A DNA stretch of 64,000 nt from Polyangiaceae bacterium (GCA_016929495.1 JAFGIS010000266.1:17260-81259), one strand, 5' to 3'. Shown: positions 56,233-64,000, numbered from the stretch's first letter. The notes: a model not told the origin generated them from the letters alone. Translations and numbers: made by a program.

Positions 56233-56628
56233 GTGAAATCCATACCCGCAAGCTGGAGCAAGAACGTCGCTCGTGTGGTTCTACTCGTCGGTGCGGCGCT
56301 CGTCGCTCGCGTGATTGTCCCTTCGCTGCCGCGAAAGAACGAGCTGAGGTTGGACATCAGGTCGGCCAACTGCCCAATCGTCCGAATCGACCTCGAATGG
56401 ACCCGCGATGGCGAGGACACCCCCGGCGGCGGCGCAACCTTGCGTTTCCCGCGAAAGGTGCCCAAGCTGGTGGTGTTCCCCCTCGATCTGCGGACCGGTG
56501 ACTATTGGTTTCAAGTAGTGCTGCACAGCGATTGCAGTCCTCCGTTGGGGCGGTCCACCAAGACCTACCGACGGCACTTACGGTTAGACGGGGGCGAGAC
56601 TACGGTGCACTTGAACAGACCTCCCTGA
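56233..56628 (+). CDS. Hypothetical membrane-anchored protein (131 aa)
   Basis: It has an N-terminal TM helix (VARVVLLVGAALVARVIV) followed by a beta-rich soluble domain. I recognise no family. Confidence 0.4.
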   Translation: MKSIPASWSKNVARVVLLVGAALVARVIVPSLPRKNELRLDIRSANCPIVRIDLEWTRDGEDTPGGGATLRFPRKVPKLVVFPLDLRTGDYWFQVVLHSDCSPPLGRSTKTYRRHLRLDGGETTVHLNRPP

Positions 56629-56686
56629 GGGACATCGGCCCTCGGATGAATCTGAGACGGCTCTAGAAAGGGCGATCGACGTTACG

Positions 56687-57685
56687 GTGACCCAACACGA
56701 CCCGATTTCCACCCGTGAACCAGACCAGTCCGTCGCTTCTGATCGGTTTGGAAGCTGGATTGCGCGCAGCCTAGCCATGCGCGCGTTGTTCCAAGAGCTG
56801 GGCGCGGCAGCCGAGCTCGACCGTCCGCTGCTGATCGAAGGCGAACCTGGTACAGGCAAGAAGGCACTCGGCCGACTGGTGCACCAGCAGAGCCCTCGCG
56901 CGAACCGACCCCTCGTGATCGTGGGATGCGGCGCGGTGGCGGTCGACCTGATCGACGCGGAGCTCTTCGGCGAAGCCGAAGCGTCCGGTGAGCGGCATGG
57001 GGCGCTGCAGCGCGCTGAACGCGGCACGCTTCTGCTGGACGAGGTGATCCAGCTGCCCCTCAGAGCGCAAGAGAAGCTTGGGGCAACGCTGCAGTCATTC
57101 GAGCGAGACGGTGCGTGGCCCGTGCGAGTGATCGCCACCAGTGACCGACCGATGAGCGAAGAGGTTCAGCGCGGGCGCGTTGATCCGACACTGTACGGTC
57201 AGTTTTCTGGTTTCACTTTCACTTTGCCGCCGTTGCGGAACCGGCCTGAAGACATCGAGGTACTGGCGCAGCATTTCCTTGAACTGGCCACACGCAACCA
57301 GCCTGCCGGTTTGGTACCCGAGCTGACACCTCGGACGCTTCGGTCCATGACCGCGCATGACTGGCCCGGCAACGCACGGGAGCTGCGCAACGTAGTCGAG
57401 CGGGCTGTGCAGCGGACAACCGCCACCACGCCGCCCTCTCGCACGCTCGACGTGCCGTTGCTCGAGCCGACGCCCGCACCACCCGCATCCTTCGACGAGA
57501 CGCTGAGCTATCGTGAGACGCGAGCGCGCTTGGAGGCCGAATTCGAGCGAAGCTACGTGACTTGGCTGCTCGAACGGCACCGCGGCAACATCAGCGCCGC
57601 CTCACGCGAAGCGAGGATGGATCGGAAGTACCTCTACGATCTGGCGCGACGCCACGGCCTACGCGCAGTCCGAGGCGAGCGCTGA
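56687..57685 (+). CDS. NtrC-family AAA+ transcriptional regulator lacking receiver domain and canonical GAFTGA loop
   Basis: It has a Walker A (IEGEPGTGKKAL), a Walker B (GTLLLDEV), sensor II (WPGNARELRNVVERA) and a C-terminal Fis-type HTH (GNISAASREARMDRKYLYDLARRHGL). Where GAFTGA is expected the sequence is ELFGEAEASGERHGAL. Where the FREDLYYRL Arg finger is expected it is RVDPTLYGQF. Confidence 0.75.
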   Translation: MTQHDPISTREPDQSVASDRFGSWIARSLAMRALFQELGAAAELDRPLLIEGEPGTGKKALGRLVHQQSPRANRPLVIVGCGAVAVDLIDAELFGEAEASGERHGALQRAERGTLLLDEVIQLPLRAQEKLGATLQSFERDGAWPVRVIATSDRPMSEEVQRGRVDPTLYGQFSGFTFTLPPLRNRPEDIEVLAQHFLELATRNQPAGLVPELTPRTLRSMTAHDWPGNARELRNVVERAVQRTTATTPPSRTLDVPLLEPTPAPPASFDETLSYRETRARLEAEFERSYVTWLLERHRGNISAASREARMDRKYLYDLARRHGLRAVRGER

Positions 57686-57812
57686 CGCGCGCGTCTCGGC
57701 TGCTGAGCGCTTGAAGGGTTTCGGCGCTGGCCGATGTGACACCGGCGCAAACCGGCCCCTTGGCCGTCCCTCGGTTTCGCACCACGGTGCCCTCGTTGCG
57801 TGGACCGCGCGC

Positions 57813-57843
57813 TGGGAAGACCGGGGAAGACCGGGGAAGACCG
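57813..57843. repeat. Short tandem repeat, 3 x 10 bp (GGGGAAGACC)
   Basis: The sequence ctGGGAAGACC-GGGGAAGACC-GGGGAAGACC-gc was read directly. It lies in the ~320-nt gap between the AAA+ regulator stop and the small ORF at 58006. Confidence 0.7.
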
Positions 57844-57881
57844 CAATCGCTCTTGAAGTGAGGACGGCCAACGGCTAAACG

Positions 57882-57909
57882 TTGTACCCGACTCCAGCTT
57901 CTGTAGTAT
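57882..57909 (+). promoter_or_regulatory. Candidate sigma-70-type promoter in an AT-rich patch
   Basis: The arrangement is TTGTAC-N16-TAGTAT, followed by the small palindrome CTACA-T-TGTAG. It lies about 95 nt upstream of the 58006 ATG and is the most AT-rich stretch of this intergenic region. Confidence 0.25.
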
Positions 57910-58005
57910 TGTTCACTACATTGTAGCACCTCAGAAACGGGGCCCATCCGGGGTTCCTGCGCACCTGGGGACGCTGATGGGTGGCCCAAGTCGGAGACAC
58001 CGCGA

Positions 58006-58185
58006 ATGAAGCCCAAGGCTTGGTACCTGCTGCTGGCCTTCATCCCCGCTACACTGCTTGTGCTAAGCGGTACGTTCGGCGCCCAGCTCCTCGTGCTTGG
58101 AGTCACACTCGGGATCTTCTTCGGAACTCTGTCGCTGCGCCGCCCGGAACCGGGTGACGCCACCACCACGCACCCAGGGCACTGA
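58006..58185 (+). CDS. Unlisted small ORF, 59 aa, predicted two-TM membrane peptide
   Basis: The product is MKPKAWYLLLAFIPATLLVLSGTFGAQLLVLGVTLGIFFGTLSLRRPEPGDATTTHPGH. It is one codon below the 60-aa cut-off of the ORF track, has GC3-rich codons, and lies upstream of and co-directional with the RelA/SpoT-like gene. Confidence 0.3.
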   Translation: MKPKAWYLLLAFIPATLLVLSGTFGAQLLVLGVTLGIFFGTLSLRRPEPGDATTTHPGH

Positions 58186-58292
58186 TAACTCACTACGATC
58201 GCCCGTCCTGGCCCCCGGAAGAGGCCCCGCCGACCCTGTCGCGGTCGGTAAGGCTGAAGAGCGTCGAGGAGTTCGGTCTGCAGGACCTGGAG

Positions 58293-59300
58293 GTGCTGCG
58301 CCTCGTGCTTCGCGGGGGCTCGGTCATAGACTGGCCCAGACTCGACTTCGCCAGCGAGGAGGACGTCCGGCGGTTCATACATAACCACGAGCTCGACCCG
58401 GACGACCCGGGCGACCGCAGCTTCATCGAGCACATCCAGGCGGACGCTGTCGACTACCTGCGTCGCAACTTCGGGTTTGCGATCCCAAAACCGATCGAAC
58501 GCGCCAGTCTGGAACAGTTGCTGCTCCTGGCATCGGGCCGTGGCCATCGTCAGATGTGCGCGTGTCGGATCCTCAAGACGGTGCACATCATCAATCACAT
58601 GGCCGGGCGCGAGCTGCTGTTCCGCCTGCCCTTCAGTGACCGCGACCTATTCCACTTGGTCGAGGAGAAGGTCTATCGCGTCATCGGAGCGATGCTCAGC
58701 GAGGGGTTTCCCATCACGGAATTCGTCGGTGGCCGCAAGAACCTCGATTCTACGTACACGAAGCTCTTGTCCAAGGCCGAAGCCAGCGCGCTGGCCATCT
58801 ACGACAAACTGCGCTTCCGCATCGTGACGCGCAGCCGTGACGATATCCTTCCTATTCTGCTCTACCTGACCGAGCGTCTCTTCCCGTTCAACTACGCCAT
58901 TCCGCGGCAAGCGACCAACACGATCTTCCACCTCCGCAGCTACTGTGAAGCCCATCCTGCGCTGTGCCAGCTCGTCGGCAGCCTATCTGACCTCGAAGAC
59001 ACGCTGACGCCCACGGACAACCGCTTCACCGCGCCGGCGTATCGCGTCATCCAGTTCGTGGCCGAAGTCCCCGTGCGCGTGCCAGCACATGCGATGGAGG
59101 CTGCCCCAGCCGGCTCAGACGCGCTCGGCCCAGTGGTGTATCTGCTCTGCGAGTTCCAGTTGCTCGATGCCGAAAGCGAAGCCGCAAACGAGGCCGGCGA
59201 GGCCAGCCACGAAGCGTACAAGCGACGGCAGCGCGAGGCTGTGTCACGTCGTCTGAGGCTCGGCTCTCGACATCCGCGCGGTCCGGCCAGGGGCCATTGA
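58293..59300 (+). CDS. Divergent RelA/SpoT-homologue-like nucleotidyltransferase-fold protein
   Basis: By eye it matches the synthetase-domain motif order. Syn1-like is GGRKNLDSTYTKLLSK (K..S...K), Syn2-like is IYDKLRFRIV (D..x.R) and Syn3-like is NYAIPRQATNTIFH (Y..P+......H). Syn4-like is LLCEFQLLDAESEAANEAGEASHEAYKRRQ (E.Q...........H..YK). There is no hydrolase (HD) domain. Confidence 0.5.
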   Translation: MLRLVLRGGSVIDWPRLDFASEEDVRRFIHNHELDPDDPGDRSFIEHIQADAVDYLRRNFGFAIPKPIERASLEQLLLLASGRGHRQMCACRILKTVHIINHMAGRELLFRLPFSDRDLFHLVEEKVYRVIGAMLSEGFPITEFVGGRKNLDSTYTKLLSKAEASALAIYDKLRFRIVTRSRDDILPILLYLTERLFPFNYAIPRQATNTIFHLRSYCEAHPALCQLVGSLSDLEDTLTPTDNRFTAPAYRVIQFVAEVPVRVPAHAMEAAPAGSDALGPVVYLLCEFQLLDAESEAANEAGEASHEAYKRRQREAVSRRLRLGSRHPRGPARGH

Positions 59301-59430
59301 CAGCTGAAGCCCATGCGCACGGCCCTGTACCGACCGTCCGACCCTGCCTCGCACCCAAAGCATCCCGTCAGACTTTCTCGGTCATCCGAAGCACTTCTGG
59401 GCTGGCGGTTCCGCTCCGACGGAGGTACCA

Positions 59431-59949
59431 ATGGCGCCGATGCGACTCTCTGGCGCCAAAATTCCCGAGGTTGCGGCTCGGATCGTGAGCGTGCTGGTGG
59501 CGGACGGTGATATCGAGACGGATGCTCCCAAGGAGGTCGAGCTCGACGTCCTGGCCGTGCTGAACCAGTACGTGAAGGATGAGCAAGAAATAAGCGATCG
59601 GGCCAGGGGCCTGATGACCTCGAGAGGGCTGCCCCAAACCGAGCTGGGGCGAATGCGCCGCCTGGTCGCCGAACAGCGCCAGTTCAAACTCGGTGACGAC
59701 GCAGTCGACTACCTGCTCGACCAGCTCGTCGAGATGCTGATGCATTCGGGCAACGTCGACGAGATCTACGCCGAAGACGTCGATCTGCGTCGCAAGATGC
59801 GCGGTCCGCTGCGTGAGCAGCTCGCGGCGGAAGACGAGCTGCAAGCGGAAGTGCGAAGCCGACTCAAGCACGTCCAGGAAGGCACTAGCCTCTGGGAGAT
59901 CGAGTACCAACGACTGGTCGAGGACATTCGTCGCCGCAAGGGATCGTAG
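59431..59949 (+). CDS. DUF507 family protein
   Basis: The 172-aa acidic helical protein (IPEVAARIVSVLVADGDIE...DAVDYLLDQLVEMLMHSGNVDEIYAEDVDLRRKM) matches my recollection of the DUF507 pattern, which is often near yicC/gmk in delta-type genomes. Confidence 0.6.
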   Translation: MAPMRLSGAKIPEVAARIVSVLVADGDIETDAPKEVELDVLAVLNQYVKDEQEISDRARGLMTSRGLPQTELGRMRRLVAEQRQFKLGDDAVDYLLDQLVEMLMHSGNVDEIYAEDVDLRRKMRGPLREQLAAEDELQAEVRSRLKHVQEGTSLWEIEYQRLVEDIRRRKGS

Positions 59950-59992
59950 CCCCGTGACAGAACGGTCACGCCCCAGCCGCTGCCTGCGCAGC

Positions 59993-60856
59993 ATGACCGG
60001 TTTCGGAATTGGCGAAGCCACTCTCGGCCATGGACGGCTGGTCGTCGAGCTGCGCTCACTGAATCATCGCTTTCTCGATGTCCGTGTCCGCCTCCCCCCC
60101 GAGCTCGCAGAGCACGCCTTTTTCGTCGAGCACGCCGTCCGCGGCTGCCTGAGTCGCGGACGATTCGAGGTCAATGTCCGAATAGAAGGTGCCGCGCTGC
60201 CAATCCCGCGTCTGTCGCTCGAGCGGGCGCGCGCACACTATCAGGCGCTCGCGTCGTTGCGGGACGAACTCGCGCCCGGTACCGAACTGCCCATCTCCGC
60301 CATTTTGTCCGTGCCCACCCTGTTGGCACTACCCGAGCCCGCGGAGACGAACGCACTGCGCGCCACGCTGGACAAGGCCCTGCGATTCGCGGTCGAACGA
60401 CTCGAGGCCATGCGCGAGTGCGAAGGCGAGGCGCTCCGCAAGGAGCTCTCGGAACGACTCGAGAATGCCCGTTCTCTTCGTGGTCGTGTCGCCAGACAGA
60501 GCGCGGGCATGGTTGCTTGCGTTCGTGCTCGGATGCGCGAGCGGTTGCAGCATCTCCTGGACGACGTGAATGTGCAGGTCGACGCTGGCCGGCTCGAGCT
60601 CGAACTCGCCCTCCTGGCCGAGAGGACCGATATCTCGGAGGAGCTGACGCGGCTCGCAAGCCACTTCGACCAGTTTGACGCACTCCTGGCAGCGGGAGAC
60701 GCTGTGGGGCGTCGACTCGACTTCCTGCTACAGGAGGTCGGGCGTGAGGCCAACACGATCGGCGCAAAATGTCAGGATGCGGCACTGTCGCATCTGGTCG
60801 TCGAACTGAAGTCAGAGATAGAGAGGATGCGAGAACAGGTTCAGAATGTCGAGTGA
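59993..60856 (+). CDS. yicC: YicC-family stress-induced protein / endoribonuclease
   Basis: It has the canonical N-terminus (MTGFGIGEATLGHGRLVVELRSLNHRFLDVRVRLP) and C-terminal DUF1732 motif (DISEELTRLASHFDQF...GRRLDFLLQEVGREANTIGAK). The start is the ATG at 59993. Confidence 0.85.
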   Translation: MTGFGIGEATLGHGRLVVELRSLNHRFLDVRVRLPPELAEHAFFVEHAVRGCLSRGRFEVNVRIEGAALPIPRLSLERARAHYQALASLRDELAPGTELPISAILSVPTLLALPEPAETNALRATLDKALRFAVERLEAMRECEGEALRKELSERLENARSLRGRVARQSAGMVACVRARMRERLQHLLDDVNVQVDAGRLELELALLAERTDISEELTRLASHFDQFDALLAAGDAVGRRLDFLLQEVGREANTIGAKCQDAALSHLVVELKSEIERMREQVQNVE

Positions 60857-61478
60857 TGGCCCACTGTTGATCATCGTCTCATCCCCGTCAGGTGCCGGAA
60901 AGACGACGCTCACGAACCTACTGCGACAGCGCATTCCGGAGCTCACGTTCAGCGTTTCGCACACCACGCGGCCGCCACGCGCAACGGAACGGTCCGGACG
61001 CGAGTACCACTTCGTGCGGCGTCCCGAATTCGAGCAGCTCGTTGCCGAGGGGCGCTTCCTGGAGTGGGCCGAGGTTCACGACCACCTCTACGGCACGAGC
61101 GAGGCCGAACTCGTGCGGGCCCAGGACGCGCGCGGCGTCATTTTCGATGTCGACCACCAGGGTGCGCGGCAGATCAAGAGCAAGCGACCTGACGCGATCG
61201 CCATTTTCATCTTGCCCCCCAGCCTCGAAGAGCTGCGCAAGCGACTCAAAGGCCGGGCCACCGAGACCGAGCGCGGACTGGAGCGCCGTTTCGAAGCCGC
61301 CGGGAACGAGATCGCTCACTACGGGATGTTCGACTACCTGCTCGTCAACGACTGCCTTGAGGAGGCGGTCGACAAGCTCGTCGCCATCGTCGTCGCAGAA
61401 CAGTGCCGAAGGTCACGCTCGGCGCGGTCGGCCGAGCTGCTGTTGGCGGCCAGGCGCAGCGCTTGCCCCGACGGCTGA
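60846..61478 (+). CDS. gmk: Guanylate kinase
   Basis: It has the P-loop (IIVSSPSGAGKTTL) and the motifs TTRPPRATERSGREYHFV and EWAEVHDHLYGT. It overlaps the yicC stop by 11 nt, in the conserved yicC-gmk arrangement. Confidence 0.95.
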   Translation: MSSDGPLLIIVSSPSGAGKTTLTNLLRQRIPELTFSVSHTTRPPRATERSGREYHFVRRPEFEQLVAEGRFLEWAEVHDHLYGTSEAELVRAQDARGVIFDVDHQGARQIKSKRPDAIAIFILPPSLEELRKRLKGRATETERGLERRFEAAGNEIAHYGMFDYLLVNDCLEEAVDKLVAIVVAEQCRRSRSARSAELLLAARRSACPDG

Positions 61479-61598
61479 GCCAGCCACCTGCCGGGCGGCT
61501 GAGCGCCAGACGCGCTGGATGTACTGCTCACCTCCCGGGGCGTGTGCCCATCGGGTGCTCTTGCTCGAACTGCCGCGTCCGTGCTAGCCGTGCATCGC

Positions 61599-62465
61599 AT
61601 GGGATACGTACTGGGCGTCATCGGCGGAACCGGCATGTACGACATCAGCGGGCTCACGGCGGTAGCCGAGCGGGCCGTGAGTACCCCGTACGGAGAACCG
61701 AGCGACGCCGTGGTTCGAGGACGCCTTGGCGAGACGGTGCTGCTGTTCTTGCCTCGACACGGCCGTGGGCACCACGTGCCACCGCACGCCATCAACTACA
61801 GGGCCAATATCTACGCTCTGAAGATCCTGGGGGCGACGCATGTCGTTAGCGTCTCGGCAGTTGGTTCGATGCGTTCCGACATCGACCGTGGGCACGTTGT
61901 CGTCGTCGATCAGTACATCGATCTCACGCGACGCCGCGTCAGCACCTTCTTCGATTCCGACGTCGTGGCACACGTCGGCATGGCCGACCCTGTCTGCCCG
62001 GCGTTGGCACGTGCCTGCGCGGCGGCCGCAATCCGAGCCGGCGCGACCGTTCACGAGGGCGGCACCTACGTGTGCATCGATGGGCCTCAGTTCTCGACGC
62101 GCGCTGAGAGCCAGCTGTACCGCAGCTGGGGAGTCAGCGTCATCGGCATGACGTCGATGCCAGAAGCCAAGCTTGCCCGCGAGGCCGAACTACCCTACGC
62201 GACCCTCGCGTTCAGCACGGACTACGACTGCTGGCACACGAGCGAGGAGGACGTCGGGGTCGCGGCCATCGTGCAGGTTCTTCGCGATAACGCGGACCTG
62301 TCGAAGCGAATCGTCAAGGAGTTGGCGTCGGCCCTTCCTGACCCAACACTCAGTCCTGCAACCGGAGCGGTGCGCAACGCGATCATGACCGCGGCGGAGC
62401 GCGTAACTCCTGCTACACGCGCGCGGCTGCCATGGCTCTTCGATCGCACCCACGAGGACCCGTGA
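61599..62465 (+). CDS. mtnP: S-methyl-5'-thioadenosine phosphorylase
   Basis: It shows LGVIGGTGMYD, LPRHGRGHHVPPHAINYRANIYALK, SAVGSM and MTSMPEAKLAREAEL, which are canonical MTAP/PNP family 2 motifs. The start is the ATG at 61599. Confidence 0.9.
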   Translation: MGYVLGVIGGTGMYDISGLTAVAERAVSTPYGEPSDAVVRGRLGETVLLFLPRHGRGHHVPPHAINYRANIYALKILGATHVVSVSAVGSMRSDIDRGHVVVVDQYIDLTRRRVSTFFDSDVVAHVGMADPVCPALARACAAAAIRAGATVHEGGTYVCIDGPQFSTRAESQLYRSWGVSVIGMTSMPEAKLAREAELPYATLAFSTDYDCWHTSEEDVGVAAIVQVLRDNADLSKRIVKELASALPDPTLSPATGAVRNAIMTAAERVTPATRARLPWLFDRTHEDP

Positions 62466-63403
62466 ACGTGATGCACACGCCAGAGACAGACCAGATCCCC
62501 GCTGTACTGATCGTAGGATCCATGGCCTTCGACGACCTCGAGCTTCCGTCGACGAGTGCGACGGACGTGGTCGGTGGCTCGGCAACGTACGCGGCACTGG
62601 CGGCGAGCCTTTTCGCGCCAGCGCGCGTCGTGGCGATCGTGGGGAGGGATTTCCCAGAATCGACCTTCGCCGAGCTACGTGGGCGCGGAGTGGATATGCA
62701 AGGCGTGATACGCGCCGACGGTAGGACATTTCGCTGGTCCGGTCGGTACGCAAGCGATCTCTCCAGTCGCACCACCCTCGATACGCAGCTGAACGTCTTC
62801 GCTCACTTCCGCCCGAAGCTGCCTGCCGCCTACCAGGACAGTCAGATCGTCCTTCTGGGCAATATCCATCCGGAGCTGCAGCTCGAGGTGCTGGACCAGG
62901 TCCGGGCGCCGCGCATCGTGGCCGCTGACACGATGAACTACTGGATCGATGGCGAGAGGCCCGCCTTACTTCGGGTTCTCGCGAGAATCGATACGCTCAT
63001 CATCAACGATGAGGAGCTCCGGCAGCTTGCGGGTCAGCACAACATCAGGCTCGCTGCCAGGGCCGTCCAGGAGCTCGGGCCGCAACGCCTGATCGTGAAG
63101 CGTGGCGAGCACGGGGCACTGCTGTTCGACGAGACAGGGGTGTTCGTCGTGCCGGCGTTCCCGCTGGACACGGAAATCGACCCGACCGGGGCCGGCGACA
63201 CGTTTGCCGGAGCGCTGCTCGGCCATCTGGCGACGCGCCTCACGAACGATGCTCCCGATCTCAGGCTGTCGCTGCTCACCGCAGCGGCGGTCGCGAGCTT
63301 CTGTGTTCAGGGCGTCGGGACGACTCGACTGACCGCGCTAGACCGTAGTCAGTTGGCCGAACGAATCAGCGAACTCAGGAGTCTCATCGACGTGCGCGAC
63401 TGA
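62462..63403 (+). CDS. PfkB-family carbohydrate/nucleoside kinase
   Basis: It has an N-terminal GG-type motif region (VVGGSATYAA) and the C-terminal PfkB signature (DPTGAGDTFAGALLGHL). The GTG at 62462 overlaps the mtnP stop (GTGA). The substrate cannot be inferred. Confidence 0.8.
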   Translation: MNVMHTPETDQIPAVLIVGSMAFDDLELPSTSATDVVGGSATYAALAASLFAPARVVAIVGRDFPESTFAELRGRGVDMQGVIRADGRTFRWSGRYASDLSSRTTLDTQLNVFAHFRPKLPAAYQDSQIVLLGNIHPELQLEVLDQVRAPRIVAADTMNYWIDGERPALLRVLARIDTLIINDEELRQLAGQHNIRLAARAVQELGPQRLIVKRGEHGALLFDETGVFVVPAFPLDTEIDPTGAGDTFAGALLGHLATRLTNDAPDLRLSLLTAAAVASFCVQGVGTTRLTALDRSQLAERISELRSLIDVRD

Positions 63404-63532
63404 CGAGCCGCCGCTCTCCGTCCTGTAGCGGACCTGTCGCAGTTTGGCCGATTGACTGGTTTTTGGTCCGCGCCTGTCCGGCCACGAGCGCTGCCACAAG
63501 TTCCGAACAAGACCAACGGGCCGGAATACGTT

Positions 63533-63796
63533 CTAGGCCGCGACCGATGCCGCCTTGGGGTCCGAGTATTGAACAGCCGGCCCAGCCAGGCGAGCTCTTT
63601 CCTTAGCCACGAGCGCGATGAGCTCGGAAGCATCGGCCACGCCTGCGTCGAGCAATGCGCTCATGTAGCCATCGGCGTACCCCTGCGCCCGTCCGAGTCG
63701 CAGCGCTGCGGTCCCCTCGCCCTGCATCTTCAGCGCGCACTGCAGCAGACTTCGAAGCGCGGCCAACATTTGTGCCTTGGAGTTCACGTTGTTCAT
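63533..63796 (-). CDS. Hypothetical small helical protein (87 aa from MNNVNSKAQ)
   Basis: This is the only ORF in the region and I recognise no family. A perfect inverted repeat lies about 50 nt upstream. Confidence 0.35.
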   Translation of the reverse strand: MNNVNSKAQMLAALRSLLQCALKMQGEGTAALRLGRAQGYADGYMSALLDAGVADASELIALVAKERARLAGPAVQYSDPKAASVAA

Positions 63797-64000
63797 GTGC
63801 CTCTGCGGCGGACCAGGCATGTCACAGGAACGCCTGCTGAGTGCGTAGCGTCAGACACGCTACTGGGCCAAATTGCCGACAACGTCCGACTTCGCCGAAC
63901 CGGAGGCGCGGCACGCGCCGCGCCGTCGAGACCGGCCGGATCGGGGGTTGGGCCGAGGTTGACCCGGCTCCCCGGCGAAGTATCTTCCAACCGTGGGACA

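Noticed and set aside
54640-58292. Searched by eye for sigma-54 promoters (TGGCAC-N5-TTGC) upstream of the OmpA-like gene, the small ORFs, the AAA+ regulator and the RSH-like gene
   Set aside because: I found only partial matches with the wrong GG-to-GC spacing, for example TGGTACCTGCTGCTG and TGGCCCGTGAAATCC. None is good enough to report, and a PWM scan is needed.
57591-58598. 335-aa minus-strand ORF across the regulator / RSH-like intergenic region
   Set aside because: It runs through the AT-rich promoter-like patch and the 10-bp tandem repeat. It is antisense to the ends of two motif-bearing genes and has no recognisable domain.
1-64000. Looked for CRISPR arrays, integrases, transposases, phage genes, retron RT/msr-msd, toxin-antitoxin pairs and known defence modules, including at the three tRNA genes
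   Set aside because: I found no spaced direct-repeat arrays. No recombinase, transposase or reverse-transcriptase motifs appear in any frame of the ORF track. I saw no second copy of any tRNA 3' end that would mark an island boundary.

Overview
This is a very GC-rich (roughly 68-70% by eye) bacterial chromosomal segment. It is densely coding, with about 50 CDS and 3 tRNA genes. Several features together point to a myxobacterium (Myxococcota): a MYXO-CTERM-like sorting tail, DUF4388 and PEGA proteins, an NtrC-type AAA+ regulator, and Ala/Arg-rich proteins. That taxonomic call is inference only.

Most of the content is core housekeeping:
- smc, truncated at the 5' window edge.
- An SOS mutagenesis cassette, imuA-imuB-dnaE2.
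- rpsO-pnp.
- A long co-directional minus-strand cluster, lptA-lptB-rpoN-hpf-ptsN-hprK-rapZ-ptsH-ptsI. This is a permease-less regulatory PTS fused to the rpoN locus.
- guaA and the replicative dnaE.
- A plus-strand run from an OmpA-like lipoprotein through an AAA+ regulator, a RelA/SpoT-like protein, DUF507, yicC, gmk, mtnP and a PfkB kinase.

I found no CRISPR array, integrase, transposase, prophage or recognisable defence or toxin system.

The observations I consider most worth follow-up are:
1. An apparently uncharacterised palindromic MITE/BIME-like intergenic repeat family. It has four clear copies and one possible degenerate relative. The copies abut or supply gene stop codons through a CTAG terminus and individually bracket an esterase gene and a HelD-like helicase gene.
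2. A receiver-less sigma-54-activator-like AAA+ protein whose GAFTGA loop and arginine-finger region are degenerate.
3. A divergent RelA/SpoT-fold nucleotidyltransferase, preceded by an unlisted 59-codon two-TM ORF and lying close to gmk.
4. Low-complexity basic tails on HPF and PNPase.
5. Helically phased direct repeats upstream of an ECF sigma factor.

Many long ORFs in the six-frame track are high-GC shadow ORFs and were rejected. Coordinates of hand-mapped small features may be off by 1-2 nt.
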